From Nitrospirota bacterium (lineage in GTDB: Bacteria > Nitrospirota > UBA9217): a stretch of 64,000 nucleotides of DNA. Below the pieces are notes generated by a model that was given only the letters and a program-made list of their open reading frames with translations, had not been told where the DNA came from and did no database searches. Positions within the stretch are counted from its first letter, which is position 1. Each line of letters opens with the position of its first letter. The translations under genes were made by a program, and so were the position numbers. Location of the stretch: assembly GCA_963663225.1 (NCBI GenBank), contig OY760142.1, forward strand, positions 2,752,001 through 2,816,000. The letters are read 5' to 3'. Shown piece after piece: positions 62,914 to 64,000 of this stretch.

Positions 62914-62963
62914 GGTTTTTCCTTCCTGATTGTTCCCGGAGTTTGTAACACCTCGCATGCACG

Positions 62964-62991
62964 ATTTGACATAATATACATTATCAGACAA
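62964..62991 (-). other. dif: dif site (XerC/XerD chromosome dimer resolution site)
   Basis: Minus strand TTGTCTGATAA-TGTATA-TTATGTCAAAT vs E. coli GGTGCGCATAA-TGTATA-TTATGTTAAAT: identical spacer, XerD arm 10/11; intergenic, AT-rich. Confidence 0.9.
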
Positions 62992-63101
62992 TATTTAATC
63001 TACACAAAAGAGTTAGGTCTGTATGGTTAACTTATTGTTTTATTGTGCGATATTATTTTACTTGCCTGCGATAGGTTGGTGATAATTGATGAAGAAAAGA
63101 A

Positions 63102-63713
63102 CTATTTGCTGCCAATTTTTGGTTCGGTTCCTGCCAGTAAACGCTTTATGTTCTCGCGATGCCGGTAGTAAATAAGGCCGAATAAGAAGACTGACAGCAG
63201 TTGGTAAGGTCTTGCATCAACAGTTGATGAGGCGGTAGTCGCAAAAATCATTACAGGATACGATATATAGGATACCAGTGCGGCAAGTGACGAATAACGC
63301 CAGATAAGCGCGGCAGCAAGCCATACAATAAGCGCAATGAAACCTAACCAGGGCGATACGGCAAGCATTACACCATAACCCGTGGCTACGCCTTTCCCGC
63401 CTTTAAAATTAAGATATATTGGGAAATTATGTCCAAGAACCGCAGCCGCGCCGGCAAATACGATTACGTAATCCGCCTGAAATAACAGTTTGGCGGCCAA
63501 AACAGGCAAAAATCCTTTCAAAGCATCCGCAAGCAGGGTCAGCAATGCTGCGATTCTTCCGGAAGCCCGCAGGACATTCGTAGCGCCAATATTGCCGCTT
63601 CCCACGCTTCGGACGTCCACGCGCGAAAACATTTTGCTGAAAATAAGCCCGAATGGAACAGCGCCAAGAAGATAAGAAGCTGCTATTAAAATGATTTGAT
63701 AGATGGTTTCCAT
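63102..63713 (-). CDS. plsY: Glycerol-3-phosphate acyltransferase PlsY
   Basis: YLLGAVPFG, GSGNIGATNVLR, D.LKG, GHNFP...FKGGKGVAT, RH..NI.RL..GTE. Confidence 0.96.
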   Translation of the reverse strand: METIYQIILIAASYLLGAVPFGLIFSKMFSRVDVRSVGSGNIGATNVLRASGRIAALLTLLADALKGFLPVLAAKLLFQADYVIVFAGAAAVLGHNFPIYLNFKGGKGVATGYGVMLAVSPWLGFIALIVWLAAALIWRYSSLAALVSYISYPVMIFATTASSTVDARPYQLLSVFLFGLIYYRHRENIKRLLAGTEPKIGSK

Positions 63714-63730
63714 AGGCAGAATAATCGAAG

Positions 63731-64000
63731 CTAACCCAATTGTTCTCCGTATTTTTTGAAATATTGAGCAGCAGAATAGAGAGACAAAATCATTGCTATT
63801 CCCAGTGCATACCAGCCGATACCATTTAATAATGCTGTGTGTTGGTAATAATTCAGAAGCAGCGCGATAACCGCGGTGGTTTGGGCAACCACTTTGTATT
63901 TACCTAGGGACTCTGCCGGAATGACCATGCCTTCGCTGGCAGCTATCGAACGAAGACCGGTAACGGCGAATTCTCGCCCGATGAATACGATTGCTATCCA
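63731..64000 (-). CDS. pgsA: CDP-diacylglycerol--glycerol-3-phosphate 3-phosphatidyltransferase, 3' part (truncated by window edge)
   Basis: Frame extends to the edge: WIAIVFIGREFAVTGLRSIAASEGMVIPAESLGKYK..Q. Confidence 0.9.
   Translation of the reverse strand, partial: WIAIVFIGREFAVTGLRSIAASEGMVIPAESLGKYKVVAQTTAVIALLLNYYQHTALLNGIGWYALGIAMILSLYSAAQYFKKYGEQLG

Noticed and set aside
62914-62991. N-terminus of ORF 62737-62991 (MSDNVYYVK)
   Set aside because: It is the dif site read as codons; a better start with SD is at 62913
63030-63065. Second dif-like half-site (GATATTATTTTACTT)
   Set aside because: No ATAA-containing left arm at the right spacing; explained by AT-richness

Overview
A roughly 45-50% GC (by eye) bacterial chromosome segment from a diderm anaerobe-like lineage; gene order and content suggest Nitrospirota or Desulfobacterota (inference only). 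In order it holds: proA-nadD-rsfS-rlmH-lapB-gpmI-comF; an uncharacterised 7-gene envelope operon (LPP20/FlgP-like x2, TPR-SLH lipoprotein, transglutaminase, DUF799-like lipoprotein, CsgG/FlgT-like lipoprotein, FecR); fur-feoB-DtxR/FeoA with a Fur box; a large efflux locus (Rrf2, TetR, TolC, RND, mqnA, CDF, TolC, CoxG, MacAB); an accessory module made of a MalT-type STAND/BTAD regulator, a TGTAAG direct repeat, a 68-aa protein and three Gly-linked lipoproteins; seven tRNAs including Arg(UCG), plus a decayed tRNA-Lys-integrated islet; tig-clpP-clpX-engB; mscS-cNMP; dprA-smg-topA-xerC-hslVU-argB; hsp20-lon-lipA; plsY and pgsA. A clear XerCD dif site at 62964-62991 places the window at the replication terminus, next to an AT-rich, hairpin-dense relic and a caspase-family gene fragment. 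All product calls come from motif recognition; no database search was run.
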